Made by a program: the position numbers and the translations under genes. Below are positions 25,509 to 33,870 of a stretch of 35,987 nucleotides of DNA, piece by piece (positions within the stretch are counted from its first letter, which is position 1; every line of letters starts with the position of its first letter). Source of the stretch: a virus; IMG/VR virus record IMGVR_UViG_3300045988_152087, positions 1 to 35,987 of that record. One strand, 5' to 3'. The notes beneath the pieces were generated by a model. It was given only the letters and a program-made list of their open reading frames with translations, made no database searches and was not told where the DNA came from.

Positions 25509-27058
25509 TGGCGAAGCTGCAGACATCCCCTAAGGGGAGCGTGTGGGCCGAGGTCGAGGACGACCCGGCCCTCTCCTCTGCGGCCAAGCTGGCGATCGCC
25601 ACGCTTCAGGCCGCGGGGAAACTGCCCGTCGGGACGAACCGCATCATTGACTCCGGCGCCCTACAAGACCCGGCTGCACAGACCATCGCGGCCGGCGTGG
25701 GGCGCTTCCTGAAGATCGAGGCCAACCAGATCATCGCCAGCAACGCCAACTTCGACGAGGCGGTGGCGAAGAAGCTGTGGTCGCAGATCGTCACGGCCAA
25801 GGAAGGCACCTTCGACAAGATCAAGGCGAACATGCTCGCCGTCGGGGCGCTCGACGGCCAGATCATCACGGGTGCCACAGTGCAGACCTCGGGGTCTGGC
25901 CGCGGCCGGGTGGTGCTGGACTCGAACGGCCTCCGGCTTGTCAGCGCAGACGGGTCAACCGACAAGTTCCGCATCGATGCCTCCACTGGAGACATCGACA
26001 TCACCGGCCGCCTCATGTCGAAGGACGATTGGTCCTTCGCCCGGTTGTCGGACATCTCGTCAACAGACCCCAGCGGTCCCGTTCGGTATGGCATGGGGCT
26101 AGTCTTTAACCGGTCTGTGGCGCCACTGCGCTACCCCGGCGGGATCATGCTCAAGCAGAATGAGCGGGGGGAGCTCCAGACCATCATCGCGCCGCCGGCA
26201 TCTAACTTCGATGTGTCCGGCCACTTCACGGTCGGGAACAGGGAGATCGGGTGGGGCGGAAATGCGGCGGCCTTCCGGGTCAACGGCGGGGCTATCGACT
26301 TCCAGGTGAACGGCCGCACGCTGGAGATGTACATCGGTCAGGCTGGAATCTCCTTCCAGAACGCACTCAACAACACCCGGATCGTGGCCCAGGGCCAGCG
26401 AAATGAGGCGTTCTTCTTCGCCGGCGACCGGTACACCACGGACAACGGCGTGCTCGCCGGCTGGGACCACTGGCGCATCTCCAGCGTCGGGGGCGGCCGC
26501 AACCTGGGGTTCGCCTCGGGGAGCAACGCTGGTACGTACATGTGGTCGAAAGCCAATGGCAACTACGCCTGCATCAACGGGGACGGATTCTTCACCACGG
26601 GGAAGACCAAGAGGTTCTCCATGCACGTCCCCAAGATGTCTGAAGAGCGGGGTGGCGCCATGCTTCAGCATATGGCAACCGAGTCCCCCTTCGATGGCAT
26701 CGAGTACTGGAACGTCGTCGAGCTCGACTCGAATGGGGAGGCATCCTGGGTCTTGCCGGATTACGTGCCCGCGATCGCGTCTCGGCGCGCCCCGTGGTGC
26801 GTGTTCTCGTCCTCTGACCGAGGCGCGTCTAGTGCCAGGCTGGAGCGTGGGGAGGACCGGTTCATCGCCCACGTGACCGGTGAGCCCGGCGCGTCGGTGT
26901 CGGTGCTCGTGAAGGGCGCTCGAATCATCGAGATCGAGGGCGCCGCGGGCGGGACTTGCAAGTGGCAGGACTTCGGTGACGGCGAAGCGCCGTGGTACAC
27001 CCTGGACCTGGGGGTGGAGGGCGCGGGCCCCCACAAGAGTGGAGAGATCATCTGGTGA
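25508..27058 (+). CDS. Minor tail / tail fibre (receptor-binding) protein
   Basis: 516 aa. IEANQIIASNANFDEAVAKKLWSQIVTAKEGTFDKIKANMLAVGALDGQIITGATVQTS is a typical actinophage minor-tail N-terminus. A Gly-rich beta C-terminal domain follows. Confidence 0.6.
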   Translation: MAKLQTSPKGSVWAEVEDDPALSSAAKLAIATLQAAGKLPVGTNRIIDSGALQDPAAQTIAAGVGRFLKIEANQIIASNANFDEAVAKKLWSQIVTAKEGTFDKIKANMLAVGALDGQIITGATVQTSGSGRGRVVLDSNGLRLVSADGSTDKFRIDASTGDIDITGRLMSKDDWSFARLSDISSTDPSGPVRYGMGLVFNRSVAPLRYPGGIMLKQNERGELQTIIAPPASNFDVSGHFTVGNREIGWGGNAAAFRVNGGAIDFQVNGRTLEMYIGQAGISFQNALNNTRIVAQGQRNEAFFFAGDRYTTDNGVLAGWDHWRISSVGGGRNLGFASGSNAGTYMWSKANGNYACINGDGFFTTGKTKRFSMHVPKMSEERGGAMLQHMATESPFDGIEYWNVVELDSNGEASWVLPDYVPAIASRRAPWCVFSSSDRGASSARLERGEDRFIAHVTGEPGASVSVLVKGARIIEIEGAAGGTCKWQDFGDGEAPWYTLDLGVEGAGPHKSGEIIW

Positions 27059-27065
27059 GGACGAT

Positions 27066-27413
27066 ATGGACCTGATTGAAATCACGCCACACGTGGTTCC
27101 CCTGCTCACCGCGATTGTGGCGGCTGCAGCCGCGATGGGGGGCGCGTCCCTGACTCGCAGGACTCAGCGAGAGGCGAGCAAGGTACAGATTCTTGACATC
27201 ACGGTGCAGCACCTCGCCGACCGGGTTGAGGCACTGGAGAAGTCGGTCGCCGTCGCGGAGTCCCGCCGTGACGAGGCTGTGGAGTCGGAGCGGGAGGCGC
27301 ACGCGGTGAAGTGGATAGCCATCGACTACGCCGGCCGACTACTCCGGTGGGCCCGAGCTCGAACGGATGACGTCCCCCCTGATCCGCCGGTCGAGATCGA
27401 GAAGCACCTGTGA
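27066..27413 (+). CDS. Membrane (1 TM) + coiled-coil protein; second holin/lysis-accessory candidate
   Basis: ATG 27066 (MDLIEITPHVVPLLTAIVAAAAAMGG...) is preferred; the ORF-track start at 26976 overlaps the upstream gene. It is the last gene of the rightward operon. Confidence 0.45.
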   Translation: MDLIEITPHVVPLLTAIVAAAAAMGGASLTRRTQREASKVQILDITVQHLADRVEALEKSVAVAESRRDEAVESEREAHAVKWIAIDYAGRLLRWARARTDDVPPDPPVEIEKHL

Positions 27414-27456
27414 GACGAAGACCCGCTGCACCATCACGGTGCAGCGGGTCTTCGTC
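27414..27456. terminator. Bidirectional terminator between the convergent late (+) and early (-) operons
   Basis: Perfect 19-bp inverted repeat gacgaagacccgctgcacc / ggtgcagcgggtcttcgtc with a 5-nt loop. A ttcgtcttcc T-rich tail follows on the plus strand. Confidence 0.8.
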
Positions 27457-27467
27457 TTCCCGGGGTG

Positions 27468-27668
27468 TCAGTCATGGGCCGGGGGCTCAGCGGAGAGGTA
27501 GACGGTGTGGGCCTCACGGTAGCGGGGGTGGCTGGGGTCCCAGTAGGCGCGCTTGGGCAGGGGGCGGGGCTTGCCGCGCAGCGCCCGGACGATGTTGAGG
27601 ATGACACCAGCGACGGCGGCGATGACGAAGGCGGTGATGGCGAGGAAGATGAGGGCGAGGAGGATCAT
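27468..27668 (-). CDS. Small membrane protein (1 TM), last gene of the early operon
   Basis: MILLALIFLAITAFVIAAVAGVIL..., with RBS gaaagg 11 nt upstream. Confidence 0.5.
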   Translation of the reverse strand: MILLALIFLAITAFVIAAVAGVILNIVRALRGKPRPLPKRAYWDPSHPRYREAHTVYLSAEPPAHD

Positions 27669-27692
27669 TGGTCTGTGCCTTTCGGGGTTGGG

Positions 27693-27914
27693 TCAGCGGT
27701 TGTTCTTGAGCCGGCGGGCGAGCCAGGCGCTCAGGATGAGGGTGGAGATCAGGGTCCCGAGGGCGAACACCTGAGTGATCGCGGTGGGGGCGGCGGCTAG
27801 AAGCAGGATGGCGACGCAGAGCGCGAGGCCCGCGATCCAGCCGGCGAGGCTGGTGCCGAGGATGAAGTCGGCGTCCTGGTTCATGACGTCGCGGTCGAGG
27901 TCGTTGGTGTTCAC
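27693..27914 (-). CDS. Small membrane protein (2 TM)
   Basis: GTG 27914 with RBS gaaagga, giving VNTNDLDRDVMNQDADFILGTSLAGWIAGLALCVAILLLAAAPTAITQVFALGTLISTLILSAWLARRLKNNR. The longer ORF-track call to 28244 overlaps the upstream gene. Confidence 0.45.
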   Translation of the reverse strand: MNTNDLDRDVMNQDADFILGTSLAGWIAGLALCVAILLLAAAPTAITQVFALGTLISTLILSAWLARRLKNNR

Positions 27915-28210
27915 AGCTTGGTGTCCTTTCTCTGGATGAACATGCCTGAGTCGATGTCGATGAGGAGGCTGGCGAAGTAGTCGTACCCGTCGTAGGTGAG
28001 ATCGGGGATGACGCCGTGGGCGACGATCTCGCCGTCGGTGCGGATGCTGAAGGCAACGGAGTCGTTGTCCAGCACCTCGGCGTAGAACACGGAGCGGCTG
28101 AGCTGGTTCGGCTTGATACCGACCACGTGCCCGCCCTCGCGGACCAGATGGCCTTCGTACCTGAGGGCCATGTCCATCGACTGCATGATCTGGAGCGTGT
28201 CGTTTGCCAT
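27911..28210 (-). CDS. Hypothetical protein
   Basis: 99-aa ORF of ordinary composition. Its stop overlaps the downstream GTG. Confidence 0.5.
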   Translation of the reverse strand: MANDTLQIMQSMDMALRYEGHLVREGGHVVGIKPNQLSRSVFYAEVLDNDSVAFSIRTDGEIVAHGVIPDLTYDGYDYFASLLIDIDSGMFIQRKDTKL

Positions 28211-28278
28211 GGCTCAACCATATGCACGAGCACGGCGGCCACACAAGTTATGTGGCCGCCGTGCTTACGTGATGCTTG

Positions 28279-29436
28279 TCACCAGAGGCGCCAAGCCAGC
28301 GCGTCCCCTCCCTTCACCTCGAAGCTCAGGACGCTTGACGCTGTTGAGTCGCCGGAGATGTTCGTCCACCAGTCCGACCCACGGTCCGCGCTCGGGCAGG
28401 AGATCACCCACCGGCCGTCCCCGACCTGGCTCACGCCGAAGTTGTGCCAGTGCCCGTGAACCAGCACATGGGCACGTTCTAGGCCACTCCTGCGGCCGAA
28501 CGCCTGGCCCCTGAACCAGTCACCCACCTTGGACTGCCGACCCGCCAGATGGCCGTGTGTGAAGCCCACAGCGGTGCCCCCGACGTCCACGGTCACAGAC
28601 TCCTCGTGGGGCAGTGGCCGAGCGAACTCGACGTGCTCGAATCCGGGTCGGCCGGCCACGACGTCCTCGACGTTCTCCGAGATCATCAGCCCGAAGTCGT
28701 CGAACGGCGCGTTGGCCTGCTTGCCCTTTCCAAGCCCGGTCCGGACCTGGCAGTGGTTGGACGGAACAGCGACGTAGACGAGACGGCCACAGAACGGAGC
28801 GAGCTCGGCCACCGTCTCAGCGAGGATGCGCTGTGCGACCCTGATCTGTGTGGTGAGCGCGATGTCGTTCGTCTGGGCCTGGCTGGACACGTTCCAGAAC
28901 CCCTCCGTGACGTCCCCGACGTCGGCCAGCACGAGGGTGGACAAACCGCCTTCCAGGATCGACGCCTTGAACGACCGCACGGCGCTGCGGACGCGGGCGA
29001 TCGTCTCGGCCGTCCCGCCTCGGGAGCCCACCTTGCCGATCTGGAGATCAGCCAGGCAGAGCACAGCGTGCTTCTCGGGTGCGAGCGGGTCCCGCTCCCA
29101 CACCTCAGGCTCTCGGTCAAACACCGGCAGCAGGTCGTCGTAGGACAACGACTTGGCCTCGGCCATCTCGGCGGCGCCCGGCTTCCACGTGATCTTCTCG
29201 TAGGAACCGTCGGGTAGGCGGATCGTCTTCCCGCGCTGCACGATGGCGTCCACGGGGACGTCGTTGAAGAACGCGTCGTGCCCCTGGTCGGGGGCGCCGC
29301 GGCGCTTCAGCTTGGCCCGGTGCCGGCGCACCGATGCCTCAGAGGTGCTGAACTCGTCCGCGATCTCTTGGTTGGTCCGCTGCCGCTCGCGGGGAAGCAG
29401 GTCATTGGCGATGATCGCCTCGTCAAGCGGGGTCAA
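28279..29436 (-). CDS. HTH domain + calcineurin-like metallophosphoesterase
   Basis: N-terminal HTH (RTNQEIADEFSTSEASVRRHRAKL). Phosphoesterase motifs LADLQIGK, GDVTEG, NH and GHWH are present. Confidence 0.65.
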   Translation of the reverse strand: MTPLDEAIIANDLLPRERQRTNQEIADEFSTSEASVRRHRAKLKRRGAPDQGHDAFFNDVPVDAIVQRGKTIRLPDGSYEKITWKPGAAEMAEAKSLSYDDLLPVFDREPEVWERDPLAPEKHAVLCLADLQIGKVGSRGGTAETIARVRSAVRSFKASILEGGLSTLVLADVGDVTEGFWNVSSQAQTNDIALTTQIRVAQRILAETVAELAPFCGRLVYVAVPSNHCQVRTGLGKGKQANAPFDDFGLMISENVEDVVAGRPGFEHVEFARPLPHEESVTVDVGGTAVGFTHGHLAGRQSKVGDWFRGQAFGRRSGLERAHVLVHGHWHNFGVSQVGDGRWVISCPSADRGSDWWTNISGDSTASSVLSFEVKGGDALAWRLW

Positions 29437-29699
29437 TGGGCGACCCCCGCGATCTCCCGCAGCTCCGCCGGGCGGTAGCCGCTCAGCGTGCGGACAAGAG
29501 CGCCTGAGTCGTCCCGCACCTCAACCAACGGCGCGCTGGTCATACCGAGCGCCTTAGCGTTGCTGAGCGCCAGAGCGGACTCAGGGCTTCCGTCGGTTAG
29601 AGAGCGCTCATCGTAGGCAAGGCCTAGCTTGTCGATCATCTTCATAGTGAGTCGGCAGGGCTGGCAATTGGGCTGGTGAAAAACGGTGATGTGCTTCAT
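29433..29699 (-). CDS. nrdH: NrdH-like glutaredoxin/redoxin
   Basis: VFHQPNCQPC carries the CxxC active site, and size and fold fit NrdH-redoxin. Confidence 0.75.
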   Translation of the reverse strand: MKHITVFHQPNCQPCRLTMKMIDKLGLAYDERSLTDGSPESALALSNAKALGMTSAPLVEVRDDSGALVRTLSGYRPAELREIAGVAH

Positions 29700-29710
29700 G
29701 TCTTCTGAGG

Positions 29711-30172
29711 TTAGTCGTGCTTGCCGGCAATCTTGCAGATTCCCCGGACAAGCTTGGTGGTTGCGTCAGACAGCCGGGTGTGGAACCGGGCTACCCCGAT
29801 CTCCCGCCCCCGGTCGAGGACGATGATGGCGTTACGCGCCCGGTTGTAGTCGAGGGACACCTCGCGGCTGATCGCTTCAGCTCCGCAGCCCTCGGCGGAG
29901 CCCCCCATCGCTTCGGCGATGCGAGCTCGCAGGGCCCCGGGCAGGAGTCCCGCGTCGGCAAGGGCGAGAACCTCACCGATGGTCCACTCAGGCCGTCGGG
30001 CCAGGCGCTCGGACAGGTTCCCCGCCTTGGCGCCGAGCGGGTCCGCGATCCGCTTCATGTCCCGCAGGTAGTACTGCCCCCGGTGGTATGCGAGGTCCTC
30101 TAGGTGGTCGCAGATTTCTGAGGTGGCGCGCGCGTCCTGCTCGACGGCGCTGGGGCTGAGTCGGCGTCTCAC
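29711..30172 (-). CDS. Hypothetical protein
   Basis: GTG 30172 overlaps the upstream TGA (GTGA). 153 aa. The longer ORF-track call would overlap the upstream gene. Confidence 0.45.
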   Translation of the reverse strand: MRRRLSPSAVEQDARATSEICDHLEDLAYHRGQYYLRDMKRIADPLGAKAGNLSERLARRPEWTIGEVLALADAGLLPGALRARIAEAMGGSAEGCGAEAISREVSLDYNRARNAIIVLDRGREIGVARFHTRLSDATTKLVRGICKIAGKHD

Positions 30173-30504
30173 TGGGAAACCACCTCCGCGAAGTCCCGCG
30201 CGAACCAGTCCGCCGCCTTGCTCGCGAGGCCACCACGCCCCGTTCGGGAGTAAGCGTGAATGCGACCCGACTCCGTGGTGGTCCGGCCAGTCGGTGACCA
30301 CTCAATCGCTCGCAAGGTCCAGTGTCCGCGGTTATCCACGCCGAAGCTCTTCGAGGTGCGCGTCGCCCCTCTCTTCTCGTCAAAGAAGACGCAAACGCTC
30401 TTCGGCGTGACTCGGATGTCCTTGACGTGGGCAGGGAGCACGGCTCGGAGTGCCCGCTCCATCTCCTTGGCAAAGTCCTCGATGACGATGGTTTGTGTCG
30501 CCAT
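30169..30504 (-). CDS. Hypothetical protein
   Basis: ATG 30504 is preceded by strong RBS aaggagg. 111 aa, MATQTIVIEDFAKEMERALR... Confidence 0.55.
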   Translation of the reverse strand: MATQTIVIEDFAKEMERALRAVLPAHVKDIRVTPKSVCVFFDEKRGATRTSKSFGVDNRGHWTLRAIEWSPTGRTTTESGRIHAYSRTGRGGLASKAADWFARDFAEVVSQ

Positions 30505-30559
30505 TGGGTTCCTCCTTGGTTGGGTTGTATTGGGCATATCATGCGCAGATGTTCTGCGA

Positions 30560-32524
30560 CTAGTCAAGTTCATCCGCGTCCGTGAGCTTCCTGTAACGGT
30601 CCACGACGCCGCCGGCAGCGCGCAGGTGCAGGCCCGGCGCCCACGGCAGGTCGGAGCTCATGATGTCCCGAACCTTGTGGAACGCCTCGATGCCGGCGGA
30701 GGACGGCTTTCCGGCCGCGTAGTCCCACCACTCAGCAGGCCCCTTTATGAGCACCTCATCGTGGACGTGGGCCACGATCTCGAACCCCGCGCGATCGAGC
30801 CGCACCATTGCAGATGCCAGGCAGTCGCGGGCCACGGCCTGCACGAGGTTCTCCGTCAGGCGACCGCCGAACGTCTCGACGGCGATGCCGCGGCGCGCGT
30901 CCCAGAACGCCACGGACGGGCGGCCCCAGCGGTCCTGCGTCGCACGGATGCCTCGGTAGATCAGGGTTCGGCCGCTCGGCAGCAGCATCCTGCGGAAGGC
31001 TCGGCCGAAAGAGTCCTGCCCGGCGACGATGCGCTCCCCGCCAGTTCGGAACTCGCGGCCGAGCTGGTCCCACAGCGCCGTGATGTGGGGGTTCGCTCGG
31101 CGCCATGCGTCCACCTGGGCCTGAAGCGCCTCGTCGCTCGGGCCGTCGCCTGCGAACACGCGCAGACCGTTCGGACCCGCGCCGTAGCCGCAGCCGAGCA
31201 GGGCCGTCTTACCCTCCTGGCGAGTCATCTCGTGGCCGACGGCGGAGCTCATGCGCGATGCCGTCTCGACGTAGAGGTCACGCTTGGCCTCGTAGGCGTC
31301 TAGCACCCATTGCTCGCCGGCGAGCCAGGCAAGCACGATAGCCTCGATGGAGGTGTAGTCGCAGACGATCAGGGGGCCGGCAATGACCGAGCGCACGCAC
31401 GCCGCAACCTCGACCGGGGTTACCAGCTCGCCGAGCAGGCACTTGTCGAGCACGTCGTCAACCGTCTCTCCCTCGGGCAGATGCTCCCGGGGGAGGTTCT
31501 GCGGCTGGAAGCCGCTCCCGCTCCAGCGGCCGGTGTGGGCGCCGAGGTAGCGGAGAGTCCCACGCGCTCGGTTGCCGGCGCCCCGTCGCAGCTCGGCCGC
31601 CGCGAGCTTCTTCCCCGCGACGCGGGCGGACGCCACTCGCAACTCAGCGACGCGACGCACCTCGGCCGGTAGCGACTCGTCCGCGGCCAGGCGCTCAACG
31701 GTCTCTCGGCGTAGATCGGGGAGGTTGATCCCCTTCGACGCGAACCACGTGCACAGCTGGGCGGTGCTGTTCGGGTTGGCGAGGCCGGTGATGCTCTTCA
31801 ACTCCTCCGCCTGTCGGCTCACGTTGTCGTCCTCGCAGCGCTGAAGGGCGTGCAGCAGCTCGACATCGAGGGGGAGGCCGGCATCCGTGATCTTCTCGGC
31901 GGTGAGCTCGACGGCGCGCTCCAACGCCGAGGGGGACAGGTCGATAGCCTGCCACTCGCGCTCCAGCGCGCGGTGCGCCTGCCGGAGGACCTCGACGTCC
32001 TGGATGCCGTAGGCGCGGAACTCAGTCCAGCGCTCGGGGTCATCGCTCGGCATGCGTCGGCCGCCGCGGAACGTCTTGGTCGCCGGCTGCGGCTTGGCGA
32101 AGCGGTTAATGAGGAGCGTCCCGGCCGTGTCCTTGTCCTCACACTTCAGCGCCTTGGCGAGGCTCTTCAGCGAGCTGGGGAGGCCGAGGAGGTACGCCCA
32201 GTGCATGGTGTCGATCCACTCGGCGGGGTCGAGGTAGTTGCCAGTGGCGCGTCCGTGGGTGTACGCGCTGACCTGGATTCGGTCGAACGCAGCGTTGTGA
32301 GCGACCTTGGTAACCGCAGGGTCCTGGATGAGGCCCAGGAACTCACCCCACAGCTCGGGGTCATGGCCCTCGGTGGTGGGCCCCTCGGTGATCTTCACAG
32401 GCTTGTCGTCGAGCGCCCACATCGCGAGGGTGATGCAGGCTTCAGGGCTCTCAGCGTAGCGGTGCGCGCCGGCCGAGATATCGATGTCGGAGTAGGTCTC
32501 AGTGTCTAGGTAAAGGGTTGGCAT
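30560..32524 (-). CDS. DNA polymerase I family (3'-5' exonuclease + family-A polymerase)
   Basis: Exo I motif LYLDTETYS, motif B RQEGKTALLGCGYGAG and motif C HVHDEVLI are present. The alternative start GTG 32590 overlaps the DUF3310 stop (GTGA) and would place hairpin 32538-32584 inside codons 3-19. Confidence 0.8.
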   Translation of the reverse strand: MPTLYLDTETYSDIDISAGAHRYAESPEACITLAMWALDDKPVKITEGPTTEGHDPELWGEFLGLIQDPAVTKVAHNAAFDRIQVSAYTHGRATGNYLDPAEWIDTMHWAYLLGLPSSLKSLAKALKCEDKDTAGTLLINRFAKPQPATKTFRGGRRMPSDDPERWTEFRAYGIQDVEVLRQAHRALEREWQAIDLSPSALERAVELTAEKITDAGLPLDVELLHALQRCEDDNVSRQAEELKSITGLANPNSTAQLCTWFASKGINLPDLRRETVERLAADESLPAEVRRVAELRVASARVAGKKLAAAELRRGAGNRARGTLRYLGAHTGRWSGSGFQPQNLPREHLPEGETVDDVLDKCLLGELVTPVEVAACVRSVIAGPLIVCDYTSIEAIVLAWLAGEQWVLDAYEAKRDLYVETASRMSSAVGHEMTRQEGKTALLGCGYGAGPNGLRVFAGDGPSDEALQAQVDAWRRANPHITALWDQLGREFRTGGERIVAGQDSFGRAFRRMLLPSGRTLIYRGIRATQDRWGRPSVAFWDARRGIAVETFGGRLTENLVQAVARDCLASAMVRLDRAGFEIVAHVHDEVLIKGPAEWWDYAAGKPSSAGIEAFHKVRDIMSSDLPWAPGLHLRAAGGVVDRYRKLTDADELD

Positions 32525-32537
32525 GGCTATAGAATAT

Positions 32538-32584
32538 GACGAAGCCCCCGGTGTCCGCAAGTTCTGCGGCCCGGGGGCTTCGTC
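32538..32584 (-). promoter_or_regulatory. Hairpin (14-bp perfect stem gacgaagcccccgg/ccgggggcttcgtc, nested inner stem) with TTGCGG-N18-TATTCT-N6-ATG leaderless promoter candidate
   Basis: Seen directly. The stem sequence matches the hairpin at 12888-12929. On the reverse strand it is followed by aTATTCTatagccATG. Confidence 0.45.
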
Positions 32585-32586
32585 AC

Positions 32587-32814
32587 TCACTCATCCCCTA
32601 GTCTCTTCAGTTCCCTGTTGATGTACCACCTCGCTTTCTTCAGGTCCTCGATGGTCTTCATCGCGTCCTTGCGCCCTGCTCGGGCGATGTACTTGACCGC
32701 GTTCCCGCGGTTGAAGTTCAGGTTCTCCGTGATGTCGATGACCTCGGCGCCGTTGGACCATCCCTCGGCGTAGTGGCTGGGGTGGTTCACCGAGTCACGT
32801 GCGTCTCGGCCCAT
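32587..32814 (-). CDS. DUF3310 family protein
   Basis: PSHYAEGWSNGAEVIDITENLNFNRGNAVKYIARAGRKDAMKTIEDLKKARWYI matches the DUF3310 signature (PSHY...GNaiKYi.Ra.rK). Confidence 0.7.
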   Translation of the reverse strand: MGRDARDSVNHPSHYAEGWSNGAEVIDITENLNFNRGNAVKYIARAGRKDAMKTIEDLKKARWYINRELKRLGDE

Positions 32815-33068
32815 CGTCTCGCCCCCTCTGTCGTGTCGATTGTGGTGACTGGGTGGCCCATGGCCTCGAGGTGCCGGTGGACCATCTTCTGCGACTCCCT
32901 TGGCACCTCGCCAGGGGCCTTGAGCTCGACTAGCCTCGTCTCCCCATTCGGGAGGAGGATCAGCCGGTCGGGGAGCCCCCTCATCGTGGGGGCTAGCTTG
33001 ATCGCTAGACCCCCGCGGGCGCTGACCGCTGCGACCAGCGCCCGCTCAACTGGGGTCTCGGGCCTCAC
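32787..33068 (-). CDS. VRR-NUC domain nuclease
   Basis: GLPDRLILLPNGETRLVELKAPGEVPRESQKMVHRHLEAMGH is VRR-NUC-like. Confidence 0.65.
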   Translation of the reverse strand: MRPETPVERALVAAVSARGGLAIKLAPTMRGLPDRLILLPNGETRLVELKAPGEVPRESQKMVHRHLEAMGHPVTTIDTTEGARRWAETHVTR

Positions 33069-33637
33069 ATCAGACCCGCGAGGGGGTCCTCGTCAGCGGC
33101 CGGCTGACTGGCGGACGGCTGGGCGGGGCCGAACAGGCTCTCTGCCGAGGCGGCTCCCCCGCCGAAGCGCTCACCACCACCGAGGATCTGGACCATCTGG
33201 AGCCCGAAGGAGACCCCCTTGGACCCATCCACCTCGTAGGCGAAGGCACGAACCGCGACGCGGGCCTTCTGGCCGCCGTATACCTCCTCGGCGATCTGCT
33301 CGTCGGAGAACGGGAGGAGGTCCGTGCCCACGATCGGCACTCGGCGGATCGAGGAGGCGTTGAAGGTGATGTGCCCGGCCTGCTCCTCGTAGTCGCTGTT
33401 GTCCCCGTCCTTCAGCGGGGTACGCAGGCTCTTCGGGACCTTGGTGCCCCACTTCTCGGCGGCGGCCTCGCGGACGGCGCCCTTCAGGGCCTCGATGGTG
33501 GTGGTGTCACTCTTGGGGACCATGACGGCGGTGGAGACCTTGGGCTTGCTGTTGCCGTTGCGGGCCTCCAGCTCCGCCAGGTGGGGCCAGGACAGGGTTG
33601 CAGGGCCAGTGGTGACGTCGACGCTCATGCGTTTTCC
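33065..33637 (-). CDS. DUF2815 family protein (phage ssDNA-binding-like)
   Basis: ATG 33637 with RBS gagaggaaaa. The N-terminus MSVDVTTGPATLSWPHLAELEA matches the DUF2815 start. The longer ORF-track call to 33874 would engulf the overlapping HTH ORF. Confidence 0.65.
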   Translation of the reverse strand, partial: GKRMSVDVTTGPATLSWPHLAELEARNGNSKPKVSTAVMVPKSDTTTIEALKGAVREAAAEKWGTKVPKSLRTPLKDGDNSDYEEQAGHITFNASSIRRVPIVGTDLLPFSDEQIAEEVYGGQKARVAVRAFAYEVDGSKGVSFGLQMVQILGGGERFGGGAASAESLFGPAQPSASQPAADEDPLAGLM

Positions 33638-33867
33638 TCTCGGGTTTGGTTGGTGTTGGGGCGACGGCGGGCGAACTTGCCCGCCCAGCGCATCGCTGTC
33701 TGCGTGGTGACTCCGACCTCTCGGGCGATCATGGGCCACGGGAGGCCCAGCTTGTGGAGCCGGTTGAGCGCCCGGCGGCGCTCGGTGGTGAAGCGGGAGA
33801 GACTCGTCTCCTGCTTCTCGATCAGGTTGCGGAGGTTGTCCACCTCCTTGCGGATATCGTCGTCCAT
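33625..33867 (-). CDS. Small HTH DNA-binding protein
   Basis: 80 aa; LGLPWPMIAREVGVTTQTAMRWAGK is a helix-turn-helix. It overlaps the DUF2815 start by 13 nt. Confidence 0.5.
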   Translation of the reverse strand: MDDDIRKEVDNLRNLIEKQETSLSRFTTERRRALNRLHKLGLPWPMIAREVGVTTQTAMRWAGKFARRRPNTNQTREENA

Positions 33868-33870
33868 GGC

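Noticed and set aside
27465-27800. Plus-strand ORF MSVMGRGLSGEVDGVG...DDEGGDGEEDEGEED (111 aa)
   Set aside because: Low-complexity acidic/Gly sequence antisense to two well-formed reverse-strand membrane-protein genes that have RBSs.
30560-32590. Treating GTG 32590 as the only DNA polymerase start
   Set aside because: Not rejected outright. It was kept as an alternative because a 14-bp perfect hairpin plus a -10-like TATTCT sit between it and ATG 32524, while the GTGA overlap style also fits this genome. This is flagged as unresolved.
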